Source: Devosiaceae bacterium
GTDB lineage: Bacteria > Pseudomonadota > Alphaproteobacteria > Rhizobiales > Devosiaceae
Length of the DNA: 64,000 bases
Direction of reading: 5' to 3'
Assembly: GCA_021648375.1 (NCBI GenBank)
Contig: JAKISW010000005.1
Coordinates: 35,161-99,160 of the forward strand
The translations under genes were made by a program, and so were the position numbers. Position 1 is the first letter of the stretch; each line of letters begins with the position of its first letter. The notes under the pieces are model-generated. The model did no database searches, was not told where the DNA came from, and saw nothing but the letters and a program-made list of their open reading frames with translations. Positions 9,017 to 18,600 of the stretch are shown here, piece by piece.

Positions 9017-10039
9017 CTAAACCAGCTTTTGTTCTATCATGCTGGTAACGGTTGCATTGATCGCTTGGTCGGTTTTTATGAAATCACGGCCTAAAATCTT
9101 GCGCGCGCGACTGTTGTTTAAGGCGTGTGATATTCCGAGCTGGCTGAGGCTGCCGCGTACATCTCCATCAAACAGGGAATAAATTCTTAAACCCCAATCG
9201 GGCATTTGAAATTTTGGCAGTTTGGGAGTGAATTGCGGAAAGCTGGATTTTATAACATTGGAAATTTGCATAATCCACATTCCTTCCGACGAGGAGATGA
9301 AGCGCTTGCCGCCACAATCGTCGGTTTGCATCGCCGCCATATGCATCGCCGCTACATCGCGCACATCAACTATGGGCAAATAAAACCGCGGGGCGGCGGG
9401 GATAGATCCACTTAACAGTCGTAAAATCAGTGCGCCTGACGTTCCGGGATCATCATCAAGCAATGGCCCGAGAATCAGAGTTGGATTGATGACAGCGAGG
9501 TCATTGGTGCGCCCCGCATCTTCCATGATTTCCCATGCTTTTTTTTCAGCCAGGGTCTTGGATTCAATATAGGCATTGACTTCCGGTGAGTTTAAATTGG
9601 TCCAGTCATCTTCGGTAAACGGGGCGGTGCGGGACTTTTCATGGCCATGCATAATTGCAACTGAAGATGAAGTTAAAACTATGTTTGCAACTTTGGCGGC
9701 CAGTGCAGCGTTTAGCGCCCGTTTGGTTCCCTCAACTGCCGGGCCGATAAGTTTCATTTTATCTTTTGGCATGGAGGTGACATATGGAGAGGCGGTATGC
9801 ATTAGGATTTCAATGCCATCCATGGCGTTGCTCCAGCCCTCATCGCTATTCAGGTCAAGGGCGACAAATTCAAGATTATCTATATCTGCCCCGTGATTCT
9901 TTAGAGTTTGGCGCACTTTGTCACTTTTTTTGAGATTTCTGACGCTGCCGCGAACTTTATATCCGGATTTCAACAATTGTAGCGCGATGTGACCGCCCAG
10001 GAAACCTGATATGCCCGTGAGCAAAACCTTTTGCGTCAT
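9017..10039 (-). CDS. SDR-family NAD(P)-dependent epimerase/dehydratase-like aldehyde reductase
   Basis: 340 aa with an N-terminal Rossmann motif LLTGISGFLGGHIALQLL and a YIESK catalytic-type motif. It is divergent from a TetR gene. Confidence 0.8.
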   Translation of the reverse strand: MTQKVLLTGISGFLGGHIALQLLKSGYKVRGSVRNLKKSDKVRQTLKNHGADIDNLEFVALDLNSDEGWSNAMDGIEILMHTASPYVTSMPKDKMKLIGPAVEGTKRALNAALAAKVANIVLTSSSVAIMHGHEKSRTAPFTEDDWTNLNSPEVNAYIESKTLAEKKAWEIMEDAGRTNDLAVINPTLILGPLLDDDPGTSGALILRLLSGSIPAAPRFYLPIVDVRDVAAMHMAAMQTDDCGGKRFISSSEGMWIMQISNVIKSSFPQFTPKLPKFQMPDWGLRIYSLFDGDVRGSLSQLGISHALNNSRARKILGRDFIKTDQAINATVTSMIEQKLV

Positions 10040-10058
10040 AATGAATTCCTTGAAACTG

Positions 10059-10088
10059 AACGAATTTAACTATATTCGTTTGATTCGT
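10059..10088. promoter_or_regulatory. candidate TetR operator (AACGAAT-N8-ATTCGTT plus a third ATTCGT half-site)
   Basis: A 7-bp inverted repeat lies at 10059-10065 / 10074-10080, with a further ATTCGT at 10083-10088. It sits in the 90-bp divergent SDR/TetR intergenic region. Confidence 0.35.
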
Positions 10089-10128
10089 GAATTGTCAATG
10101 GTGTTTATATGGTTATGATAGCTGAAAA

Positions 10129-10683
10129 ATGAGCGAAACCGTGAAAAAATTATCTGCGAACAGGCGCAATCAAATTCTGGATGCCGGGTTGGTGCTGGCG
10201 TTAAAAAATGGATTGCGGGGCACCAGCATGGAGGCTTTAGCTAGGGAGGCAGGTATCGCCAAACCTACGCTTTACAGTTATTTCCCTAACAAGGATGCGG
10301 TTTTTGTTGCAGTTTTGCAGCGAATATTTGAGCAGCTTCAACAACAGGTGGAAAAGAGCTTGAATGAAAAAGGTGATCTGGAGTTTCGAATTTCGTCTGC
10401 TCTGGCCTCAAAACACAAATTAATATGTAAACTATTGGAAGGCTCACCGCACCGGGAAGAAATTTATGGTGAAAAAAGCAAAATTGCAGCGAATGAAATT
10501 GCCCAATTTGAAAATTGGTTGCAATTAAGGATATCTCAAACGCTACGAGACAGCAGGCGCGACCTGCCGCAAAATTATGCGCAATTGCTAATTGCCTGCG
10601 CTGAAGGCATTGCGCAAAAGGCCAGCACGGCCTCCCAGATTGGCCCTGCAATCCGGCTAATGGTTGAGAAACTTCTGGCGTAA
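10129..10683 (+). CDS. TetR/AcrR-family transcriptional regulator
   Basis: 184 aa with an N-terminal HTH block GLRGTSMEALAREAGIAKPTLYSYFPNKDAVF. Confidence 0.85.
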   Translation: MSETVKKLSANRRNQILDAGLVLALKNGLRGTSMEALAREAGIAKPTLYSYFPNKDAVFVAVLQRIFEQLQQQVEKSLNEKGDLEFRISSALASKHKLICKLLEGSPHREEIYGEKSKIAANEIAQFENWLQLRISQTLRDSRRDLPQNYAQLLIACAEGIAQKASTASQIGPAIRLMVEKLLA

Positions 10684-10742
10684 AGGGGATTAAATTTAGT
10701 TAAAGATGAAGAATAGACAAAATTATTTACAGGAGCCTGTCC

Positions 10743-11354
10743 ATGTCCGCCATTTCCAGTATTGCCGATCTTGAAAAACTCTACGGCTCTACTTCAAAAG
10801 CCGCCAGTGCAAAAGTCCTCAGCCGGCTTTCCAAATCCTATGCCAGCTTTATAAAGGCATCTCCGTTTGTGGCTTTGGCCAGTGTGGGAGAAGAGGGGAT
10901 TGATTGCTCCCCGCGCGGCGATCGGGGAAGTGTTGTCACAATCGCTAATGACAAAACCCTGCTCCTGCCGGATTGGCGGGGCAATAATCGTCTTGATACA
11001 TTGCGGAATATAGTTTTGGACCCTCGGGTTTCCCTGATGTTTATGGTGCCCGGTTCCGAGGTGATTTTGCGGGTTAACGGGCGCGCAATTATTACCGCTG
11101 ATAAAGAAATTTGTACCAGTTTTGAAATGGAAGGTAAGCACCCGACAACGGTAATTGCCATTGATATCAATGAGGTATATTTTCAATGTGCCAGAGCCAT
11201 AAAACGCGCTCAGTTGTGGAATGTCAGCGCTCAAAATGCCGCAATTAATCTACCCACGGCTGGTGATATGTTAAAAGAAGCCACCAATGGTGATTTTGAT
11301 GGCGAGGAATTTGATAAAAACTGGCCAGAACGCGCTGAAAAAAATCTTTGGTAA
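10743..11354 (+). CDS. PPOX-class FMN-binding flavoprotein (pyridoxamine 5'-phosphate oxidase-related)
   Basis: 203 aa. The blocks IDCSPRGD and LLLPDWRGNNRLDTLRNI resemble the split-barrel PPOX-type family. Confidence 0.7.
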   Translation: MSAISSIADLEKLYGSTSKAASAKVLSRLSKSYASFIKASPFVALASVGEEGIDCSPRGDRGSVVTIANDKTLLLPDWRGNNRLDTLRNIVLDPRVSLMFMVPGSEVILRVNGRAIITADKEICTSFEMEGKHPTTVIAIDINEVYFQCARAIKRAQLWNVSAQNAAINLPTAGDMLKEATNGDFDGEEFDKNWPERAEKNLW

Positions 11355-11422
11355 ACCAATGTGTTTGGTGATTTTCTCGCTTGTTCCTGGTGGCGCACGT
11401 TGTTTGGAAGCAGGCTATTTTA

Positions 11423-12076
11423 ATGAATGATTTAATTTTGCAGCATTGGCAATTCCAAGCAAAAATTGCCGGCAATTCACTGATTATTCCTGATGGCTGT
11501 CGCGATCTGATTTTTAGGGCATCAGCGGGCAAAAAACCACATTGGCAAATTACTTCGCTGGATGATACCGCCTATAAAGTGAGTTCTGTGGTGGGTGATT
11601 TTTTCATGGGTTATCGTTTCAGGCCGGGTATATCAATTGATGGGTTTGCTATACTAAGCGCATTAAAAAATTTGGAACCGGGAAAGGATGTGGCCGAAAA
11701 ACATATCGAAGATATGATCAGCAATTATTGTTTGCGTTCTCCCAATACAGAACTGGCGTTGGCCTGTTTGGGGGCAGGGCGTAAAAATGTCAGTATGGCT
11801 GCAAGAGAACTTGGTATTGGCTTGCGCTCACTTCAGCGTTTGGTCCTGAAAGGCACCGGTAAAACACCAGCTTTTTGGACAGGATTGGCCCGGGCGCGAA
11901 AAGTGGCACGTGAACTGGCATCAGGAGGGGCGTTGGCACAAATCGCCTTTGATTTTGAATATAGTGACCAGGCTCATATGAGTCGTGATATAAAACGCTG
12001 GTTTGGGGTCAGTCCCGGCAGAATTAAATATCAGTCTGGGATTGTGACGCAACTAAATCAAGCAGGGTTTAGTTAG
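11423..12076 (+). CDS. AraC-family transcriptional regulator
   Basis: C-terminal HTH_18-type block (AQIAFDFEYSDQAHMSRDIKRWFGVSP). The start was moved from the track's 11381 to ATG 11423 (MNDLILQHW), and the exact start is uncertain. Confidence 0.7.
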   Translation: MNDLILQHWQFQAKIAGNSLIIPDGCRDLIFRASAGKKPHWQITSLDDTAYKVSSVVGDFFMGYRFRPGISIDGFAILSALKNLEPGKDVAEKHIEDMISNYCLRSPNTELALACLGAGRKNVSMAARELGIGLRSLQRLVLKGTGKTPAFWTGLARARKVARELASGGALAQIAFDFEYSDQAHMSRDIKRWFGVSPGRIKYQSGIVTQLNQAGFS

Positions 12077-12116
12077 AGGAGCAAAGAACAGGTCATCAAT
12101 GCCGTTCAACATTGAT

Positions 12117-12467
12117 CTATGTCAGTTGAGCAATGAAGAATTTCAGTTGTTTTTTTTTGATCTGTTCGATTGTTTGCAATTTGATATGGCGGCGTAACTT
12201 CCCATTTCCCTCAAGCAGATTATTTGGATCATCCAAGCTGTGTCCCAAACCGAACTCAAAAGAAACATGGCTTTTATAGGCAAAAACTCCAGCAACATCG
12301 TGTTTCAACGAAAACATGATGCCGCCATACATCATGCGTTCACTACCGTTCGGATGAAGGGAAAAGAACAGTGAGCGGCATTGCTCGACAATTTCAAATT
12401 TTTTAACGTCGGATTGGTGTAATTCGTTTAGAAAGGCCGCTACTTTTTCTTCGGGGAGTTTATCCAA
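12117..12467 (-). CDS. DUF1801 (YdhG-like) domain-containing protein
   Basis: 116 aa. The pattern E.......MYGGIMF.........FAYKSHVSFEF..G resembles the DUF1801 family. Confidence 0.6.
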   Translation of the reverse strand: MDKLPEEKVAAFLNELHQSDVKKFEIVEQCRSLFFSLHPNGSERMMYGGIMFSLKHDVAGVFAYKSHVSFEFGLGHSLDDPNNLLEGNGKLRRHIKLQTIEQIKKKQLKFFIAQLT

Positions 12468-12502
12468 TTTACCTATCCCATTAAAATTTCAGGAATGATT
12501 TT

Positions 12503-12880
12503 TTAGATTGGGGTGCAGATTTCTATCAGAAAACCGTTTGGATCGCTGACATAGGCAATGGTTTGGCCCCACGGCATTTTTTCTGGCTCCCGTTGCAGTT
12601 TTGCGCCTGCTGTAATTGCTTTTTCAACACCTGCAGCCACATTATCTGTTTCCAGAGCAATTTCAAATGCAGGTTTTTTTGGATCAGGAATTGAGGCTGA
12701 TTTGCCCAATTCCTGCATGGATTTGCGCGATGCAAAAGCCAAAATGGTGGAGCCGGTATCCATCTCGCCATATTCAGAGCTTTCGTGCAGCATTTTGGTG
12801 GTGAAGCCAAAAGCCTTTTCGAAAAAATTCAAACTTTGAACAACGTTGCTGACATAGAGAATTGTATAGCGAAATTTCAT
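12503..12880 (-). CDS. VOC/glyoxalase-family protein
   Basis: The N-terminus MKFRYTILYVSNVVQSLNFFEKAFGF and C-terminus AYVSDPNGFLIEI are typical of the glyoxalase/bleomycin-resistance fold. The start was moved to the internal ATG at 12880. Confidence 0.8.
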   Translation of the reverse strand: MKFRYTILYVSNVVQSLNFFEKAFGFTTKMLHESSEYGEMDTGSTILAFASRKSMQELGKSASIPDPKKPAFEIALETDNVAAGVEKAITAGAKLQREPEKMPWGQTIAYVSDPNGFLIEICTPI

Positions 12881-13036
12881 GATTTTTTGCCGTTTTCCAG
12901 TGATTTGATTTTTCAAATAGGCAGTTATTTGCCCGATATTCGTTCATAAGCCCACAAATATCAGCAGGTCTTGAACAAATGCGACAATTTTTGTTGGAGT
13001 GTTTGCCCCAAAATCGTGAATAGCCCAATTAGGATT

Positions 13037-14353
13037 CTATGAATCCTTGAGCATTTGATCCTGCTTCAGGCGCATTTCGTAGAGTTTGGTGGTCTTATCA
13101 GGGGTGGCGTTATCGGAGGTGATAAGTTCGCCTTTTTTGATGGTGCGGGTGGTTTTGCCGCCCTCTAACAGGCCCACTGGAAGGCAGGATTTTTTTCTTG
13201 CGTCCTCTTTTGTCATGGTGAAAGAGCGATAGCAGGTTTCGCCAATGGCATCGAGGTTTTCTCCCGCCTGTAAATCACGTTTGGCCAGTGCACAAACTTC
13301 TGCCACAGGTCTGTTGAGCGGCACCATATCAGCCTTGCCATAAAGCATGATGCGGGCCGCAGTCAGCGGAACTTCCAGCGAAGTCAGGTGATAGGGGCGG
13401 AAAAAACCATAATAGGGACCAATACCGATATGCAAGTCGTCCATGCGTTCAACAATTCGCGCATGATTGGCTTTGGCAATTACAAAAACCCCGGGGGCAA
13501 CACCTTTGCCGATGGTATAATCGACCACGCCCTTATTGTGCAAAATTCCGCCGTCGCTTTTGGGGATAAGCACCTTGGCCAACTCGTCACGAGAGGCTTT
13601 TGGGCCATGCATGCCGGGTATATCGGGTTTTAAGCCGGTGGCATTGGCAATTGCGGCCATTTCCACGGCGGTTTTTGAACCGTCAACAAATTCCACCAGC
13701 ATGCGCGGGTTCATGTTGCGTCGAAGTGCTTCTTCGCGATAATCATCAGGCACGGCATTGTGGTTTAAGGGATTGTTTTTGCCCTTTCCGGCGGCGATAA
13801 TTTCAAGGTTGAGAGCTGAGGTAAATTCTATCAGTTCCATGCAGGAGGATGGCTCATCTCCCGCTCCAAGGGAATAAATCACCCCCAATTTGTCGGCCTG
13901 ACTTTTGAGATAGGGACCTATGGTAACATCGGCCTCCACATTCATCATCACGATGTGCTTGCCATGCTCCATGGCCAACAAGATATAATCTGCGGCAACA
14001 CCGGGCTTGCCGGTTGCGTCGATCACCACATCAATTTTTGGGGTGGTGACCATTAAATTGGGGTCGTCAGTAACAGCAATTTTGCCTAAGTCCAGAGCCT
14101 TTGACATGGAGGAGGCAGAAGAAACCTCAAGAGCGTTGCTCCGGTCTCCATATGCTATTTCAATAGCGTTAAGCGCGGCAATCGGACGCCTTGTGGCGAT
14201 GGCACCAATTTTTATGCCATCCATCAGCATGATCTGGGTGACAAGATCGGTGCCCATTTCGCCAGCACCGATAATGCCGATACAAATAGGTTTGTGGGTT
14301 TCAGATCTAGTTTTTAGATCGCGGGCAATGCCTGTGAGGTGAATTTTGTTCAT
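13037..14353 (-). CDS. NAD(P)-binding oxidoreductase with C-terminal SAF-like domain (homoserine dehydrogenase-like, COG4091-type)
   Basis: Rossmann motif IGIIGAGEMG near the N-terminus. The start was set at ATG 14353 (MNKIHLTG). The track's longer version (to 14515) adds a hydrophobic, non-homologous extension that overlaps the divergent gene. Confidence 0.7.
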   Translation of the reverse strand: MNKIHLTGIARDLKTRSETHKPICIGIIGAGEMGTDLVTQIMLMDGIKIGAIATRRPIAALNAIEIAYGDRSNALEVSSASSMSKALDLGKIAVTDDPNLMVTTPKIDVVIDATGKPGVAADYILLAMEHGKHIVMMNVEADVTIGPYLKSQADKLGVIYSLGAGDEPSSCMELIEFTSALNLEIIAAGKGKNNPLNHNAVPDDYREEALRRNMNPRMLVEFVDGSKTAVEMAAIANATGLKPDIPGMHGPKASRDELAKVLIPKSDGGILHNKGVVDYTIGKGVAPGVFVIAKANHARIVERMDDLHIGIGPYYGFFRPYHLTSLEVPLTAARIMLYGKADMVPLNRPVAEVCALAKRDLQAGENLDAIGETCYRSFTMTKEDARKKSCLPVGLLEGGKTTRTIKKGELITSDNATPDKTTKLYEMRLKQDQMLKDS

Positions 14354-14493
14354 GTTACAGGTAAAACCCATTTGAGAGAGCAAAACAACCGGGTTGAAGT
14401 GTAAAATAGTGGGTTTGGGATAAACAAAGGTGATGAACTGATTCAAAATCACCACTATAAATGACTCAAATAGAAATCGGGGCGAGTTAAAAA

Positions 14494-15534
14494 ATGCAAA
14501 ATGAAGTTGGCACAATAGTGGAAAACGGGGTGGCCATAATCACCCTGAAGCGCGGAAAAGCCATCAACGCCCTGACCCCTGAAATGATCGAGAAAATCAG
14601 TAAATCATTGAAAGAATGGGACGAAGACCCGCTGGTAAAAATGATTTTGTTTGAAGGGGAGGGAGCGCGCGGATTTTGTGCCGGGGGCGATGTGCGCTGG
14701 ACCAGAGAAAAGGTTCTGGCCGGAGAAACAGGGCTAGTTGGGAAGTTTTTTGAAGCCGAATACAAAATGAACCTGATGATCGCCACCTATGACAAGCCCA
14801 TCATAGCGTTGACCCACGGAGTGGTTATGGGTGGAGGCATCGGTTTGGCGGGACATGCCAGATATAAAATTACCACTAAAACCGCCCGGTTTGCTATGCC
14901 CGAGGCGGCAATTGGTTTGTTTTGCGATGTGGGGGTGCGCTCAATTCTTGCCGCAATACCCCGTCATCAGGCCCTGATGTTTATGCTATCTGGTTCCATC
15001 GTGACGGCACCGGATGCGATTGCACTTGGCCTTGCAGATATTTGCATCCGGGATGAGAATTTTTCTCAAGTTCGAAGCAAGTTAGTCGCGGTGGGGGGAG
15101 CAGCAAATATTGACAGGGCGATAAAGGAAATAATGCAGTTAAATGCAATTGATCCGGGAATGGCTGTTTTTTGCGATCTGGCAGATAGATTTGCATTTGT
15201 TTTTGAAAGTGAAGACTGCGAAGAAATCTACACTCACCTTGCTCAGCATGTTTTGGATGAGACTAAACTGGCTCAGATTGCCAGTATAATTCTTGGTCGT
15301 TGTCCAACCTCCAATGTGGTTCATGTGATGGGGCTGGATGCAGCGATAAAACAGCCCTGTATCGCCAGTGTTTTGCAGACTGATCTGTCATTGGCCAGGT
15401 TCATGGGGGCTCGGGGTGATTTTATTGAAGGGGTGCGTGCTGTGCTGGTGGACAAGGATCAAAAGCCGAATTGGCAGCCAAATGATGTTGCCCTGGTGGA
15501 CAGGCAGGAAATTCTGGATGCCATTAATATCTGA
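14494..15534 (+). CDS. enoyl-CoA hydratase/isomerase family protein, probably 3-hydroxyisobutyryl-CoA hydrolase
   Basis: 346 aa with a crotonase block FCAGGDVR..GVVMGGGIGL. The long C-terminal extension is typical of HIBYL-CoA hydrolases. Confidence 0.8.
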   Translation: MQNEVGTIVENGVAIITLKRGKAINALTPEMIEKISKSLKEWDEDPLVKMILFEGEGARGFCAGGDVRWTREKVLAGETGLVGKFFEAEYKMNLMIATYDKPIIALTHGVVMGGGIGLAGHARYKITTKTARFAMPEAAIGLFCDVGVRSILAAIPRHQALMFMLSGSIVTAPDAIALGLADICIRDENFSQVRSKLVAVGGAANIDRAIKEIMQLNAIDPGMAVFCDLADRFAFVFESEDCEEIYTHLAQHVLDETKLAQIASIILGRCPTSNVVHVMGLDAAIKQPCIASVLQTDLSLARFMGARGDFIEGVRAVLVDKDQKPNWQPNDVALVDRQEILDAINI

Positions 15535-15558
15535 CCCAAATTATTGATTGCCCGTAAT

Positions 15559-15604
15559 TAGGGATTTATAAACCGTTCTGAGCGAAACTCCATAGGGATT
15601 TATA
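15559..15604 (+). promoter_or_regulatory. 12-bp direct repeat TAGGGATTTATA x2 upstream of the che operon
   Basis: Identical copies lie at 15559-15570 and 15593-15604, 34 bp start to start. The second ends 17 nt before the first che-operon ATG (15622). Confidence 0.3.
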
Positions 15605-15621
15605 CGGGGTTTGGAACTTAT

Positions 15622-15915
15622 ATGGGCGCTCAAGATATTCAAAAATTTGATTTGCCGAGTGTGGTGGATGTGGATGCCATGGACGCCATGCGCGATTCAC
15701 TGGTGAGTGCAATTGAAACTGGAAACACCAGACTGGACGCAGCTCAGGTTTCAAGAGTGGCCACAAATGCCCTGTTGATGCTGGTTAGCGCCGGACAAGG
15801 TGCCAAATCCAATGATTTCACCCTAAGCATTGCTAATCCAAGTGAAGCCTTTGAAGAGGCGGTGGAGCGATTGGGAATGGGTAATATTTTTGCTGAGTTT
15901 ATTGAAGGAAACTAA
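15622..15915 (+). CDS. STAS-domain protein, CheS-like
   Basis: 97 aa. It is the first gene of the che operon, directly before cheY. Size and position match orf2/CheS of the Sinorhizobium-type che operon. Confidence 0.65.
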   Translation: MGAQDIQKFDLPSVVDVDAMDAMRDSLVSAIETGNTRLDAAQVSRVATNALLMLVSAGQGAKSNDFTLSIANPSEAFEEAVERLGMGNIFAEFIEGN

Positions 15916-15916
15916 A

Positions 15917-16276
15917 ATGCGCGTACTTACGGTTGATGATTCTCCAACCATTTTATCAATGTTGAACCACGTTTTGAAAGAGGCGGGGTTTGAAGTGGTT
16001 CAGGCAGAGGATGGGCAAAAAGGCCTTGATGCCATGAAAGGTGAAGAATTTGATGTGGTTATTACCGACATCAATATGCCGGTGATGGATGGAATTGAAT
16101 TTATTAAAAATGTTCGGGCATCCGGGGCAAAAAAGAACCTTCCTATTTTGATTCTGACCACAGAATCCTCGCCGGAAAAACGCAATCTGGGCCGTGAAGC
16201 GGGGGGGACGGGCTGGATTGTTAAGCCCTTTGACCCGGAAAAACTGATTTCGGTAATTCATCGGGTTGTTCACTAA
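15917..16276 (+). CDS. cheY: chemotaxis response regulator CheY
   Basis: Receiver domain MRVLTVDDSPT..VITDINMPVMDG..KPF. The start was set at ATG 15917, preceded by GAAGGAA. The track ORF (from 15830) overlaps the upstream gene. Confidence 0.9.
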   Translation: MRVLTVDDSPTILSMLNHVLKEAGFEVVQAEDGQKGLDAMKGEEFDVVITDINMPVMDGIEFIKNVRASGAKKNLPILILTTESSPEKRNLGREAGGTGWIVKPFDPEKLISVIHRVVH

Positions 16277-16326
16277 GGACAAGTCCAAAGGGTTTTGGCA
16301 GAAGTAAAATATTGATTTTTGCTACA

Positions 16327-16360
16327 AAAATATGAGCGATCTTAAAATATGAGCGATCTT
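16327..16360 (+). repeat. perfect 17-bp tandem duplication AAAATATGAGCGATCTT x2 spanning the cheA start
   Basis: 16327-16343 equals 16344-16360. The first ATG (16332) opens atg agc gat ctt aaa ata tga, whose TGA (16350-16352) overlaps the cheA ATG (16349-16351). Confidence 0.95.
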
Positions 16361-18577
16361 GACGAATTCAAAGCTACCTATTTCGAAGAATGTTCGGAAT
16401 TACTTTTGGAGCTTGAAGAACAGTTCACCGCCATTGAGGAGGGGGACCATAGTGCCGATCGCCAAAATGCGGTTTTTCGAGCCATTCACTCTGTAAAAGG
16501 GGGAGCGGGGGCATTTGGATTTGAAAAGCTCGTAGAATTCGCCCACAGCTTTGAAACTCTTTTGGATTTTGTTCGAAACGGGCAGGTGGAACTTACCAGT
16601 GAGGTTATAACTCTATGCATTCGTTCCATTGATCTGGTTGCCGATTTTGTTGGCGCTGCCCGTGATGGTGAGGAATTGGCAGATGATTTTGGTGCAGAAG
16701 AGCTGGCGCGTTTTAAAATTCTCTCCGGTGAAGATGAAGAAGAGCCGATGGAGGAATTTGATATTGAATTTGTTCCTGTCATGGTTTCAGTCGGAGACGA
16801 TGATGAAGGTGTAACTGTAAGTGCAGATAGTGACGAGGGGGATAGTTTTGATCAGGCACCCCTGGAGGACGGGCTCAGGTACTGGAAAGTAGATTTTACT
16901 CCCCATTATGAACTTTATGAGCGTGCAAACGACCCTTTATTATTATTTCGGGAGCTTTCGTCTCTGGGTGAGGCAAAAATTACTGCCAAATTGCTCAAAA
17001 TGCCCGAACTTGCCGATTTTGATCCGTTTGGAGTTTATTGTTCGTGGGAAGCTGAACTCCATGGCGATGGTATTACTGAAGAAGCAATTTTGGAAGTGTT
17101 TGAGTTTGTCGAGGGTGATTGCGATCTGAATATCATCTCGGTGATGGCCAATGCCGACGATGATCTGATGCCACAGGTCGACGAAGATTTAATTGCTGCG
17201 GCTGCTTCTGTGGAAGAAGTTGCAGCATCAACACATATAAATGCTCTAGAGCAGGAAAGTGGCGAAGAACCCCAAGAGCCAGACGAAAACAGTGCCGATA
17301 AAGGTTTAAGTTTAGCGGACATGGCAGCAGAAATTGAGCCGCCTCCACCCCCCAAACCAGAAGTCAAAAAAAGCACAAAACAGGCCGCAAAAACTCCAAC
17401 TGTTCAATCAATTCGCGTTGATCTGGAAAAGGTTGACCGGGTTGTGAATATGGTTGGTGAGCTGGTTATCACCCAGTCTATGCTTACCCAGCAAATGGAT
17501 GATCAATTGCGGGCCCGCTATCAGGAAATGGTGCGCGGTGTTGAGGTTCTGGCTCAAACAACCCGCGGTTTACAGGATGCGGTGATGGCGATCAGGGCGC
17601 AACCGGTAAAATCTGTATTTTCACGCATGCCACGTCTGGTTCGTGAGCTGGCCTCAAAGACCGGCAAAAATATTCGCCTGGAAATGGTTGGTGAACATAC
17701 TGAAATTGATAAAGCCATAATCGAGCAACTTAGCGATCCATTGACCCATATGATCCGCAATTCAGCCGATCACGGGGTGGAAATACCTGAAAAGCGAAAA
17801 GCGGCGGGAAAACCTGAACAGGGAATAATTCGCATTTCAGCTGAGCAGGCGGGTGGAAATATTATAATTTCGGTCGAAGATGATGGTGCAGGTATTAATC
17901 GGGTCAAAGTGCTTGAGCTGGCGCGGGAACGTGGAGTTGTTGGTCCGGATCAGCAATTAAGCGATGAGCAGATTGATGAATTGGTTTTTGCTCCCGGATT
18001 CTCAACAGCGGATGCAGTGTCTGATATTTCAGGCCGCGGCGTTGGTATGGATGTGGTGATATCCAACATCAAAAAAATTGGCGGTTCGGTTCATGTGCGA
18101 TCATCCCCTGGGCAAGGCACCAAGATGTTGCTGCGTTTGCCCCTAACCCTGGCTGTTCTGGATGTAATGCTGGTGGAAGTTGGCACCGGCCCTTATGTAA
18201 TTCCGCTCAGCTCGATAGTTGAGACAGTGCTTTGTGAGCGGGCTGATTTTGGCTACGCACCAAGCGGCAGGCGGGTTTTACAGATCAGGGGTGAATATGT
18301 GCAGGTTATTGATCTTGCGGTGCGATTTGAAATGGAAACTAATCTGAAAGAGCACAAGAGGTTTGTGGTTTTGTGCGAGGGCGAGGGCAATTCTAAAATT
18401 GCCTTGATCGTTGATCGGATTATCGGCCAGCAGCAAGTGGTTATTAAAAGTCTGGAAGAGAATTTCAGACGAATTGATGGGGTCGCCGGGGGAACAATCC
18501 TTGGGGATGGTAATGTGGCGCTAATCGTTGATGTTCAGGGGTTGAAAAATACACCTGAACAAAAGTCGGCGGCCTGA
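16349..18577 (+). CDS. cheA: chemotaxis histidine kinase CheA
   Basis: 742 aa with an Hpt domain (FRAIHSVKGGAGAFGF), dimerisation and HATPase blocks (DPLTHMIRNSADHG, DDGAGI, GRGVGMDVV) and a C-terminal CheW-like domain. Confidence 0.95.
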   Translation: MSDLDEFKATYFEECSELLLELEEQFTAIEEGDHSADRQNAVFRAIHSVKGGAGAFGFEKLVEFAHSFETLLDFVRNGQVELTSEVITLCIRSIDLVADFVGAARDGEELADDFGAEELARFKILSGEDEEEPMEEFDIEFVPVMVSVGDDDEGVTVSADSDEGDSFDQAPLEDGLRYWKVDFTPHYELYERANDPLLLFRELSSLGEAKITAKLLKMPELADFDPFGVYCSWEAELHGDGITEEAILEVFEFVEGDCDLNIISVMANADDDLMPQVDEDLIAAAASVEEVAASTHINALEQESGEEPQEPDENSADKGLSLADMAAEIEPPPPPKPEVKKSTKQAAKTPTVQSIRVDLEKVDRVVNMVGELVITQSMLTQQMDDQLRARYQEMVRGVEVLAQTTRGLQDAVMAIRAQPVKSVFSRMPRLVRELASKTGKNIRLEMVGEHTEIDKAIIEQLSDPLTHMIRNSADHGVEIPEKRKAAGKPEQGIIRISAEQAGGNIIISVEDDGAGINRVKVLELARERGVVGPDQQLSDEQIDELVFAPGFSTADAVSDISGRGVGMDVVISNIKKIGGSVHVRSSPGQGTKMLLRLPLTLAVLDVMLVEVGTGPYVIPLSSIVETVLCERADFGYAPSGRRVLQIRGEYVQVIDLAVRFEMETNLKEHKRFVVLCEGEGNSKIALIVDRIIGQQQVVIKSLEENFRRIDGVAGGTILGDGNVALIVDVQGLKNTPEQKSAA

Positions 18578-18600
18578 TTTTTAAGTAAGGGATAGAAAAA

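Noticed and set aside
13037-14515. The full 492-aa version of the SAF-domain oxidoreductase ORF.
   Set aside because: The first 54 codons are hydrophobic and low-complexity and overlap the divergent gene's start at 14494. They precede the family-typical Rossmann N-terminus. An internal ATG at 14353 (or 14371) is more plausible.
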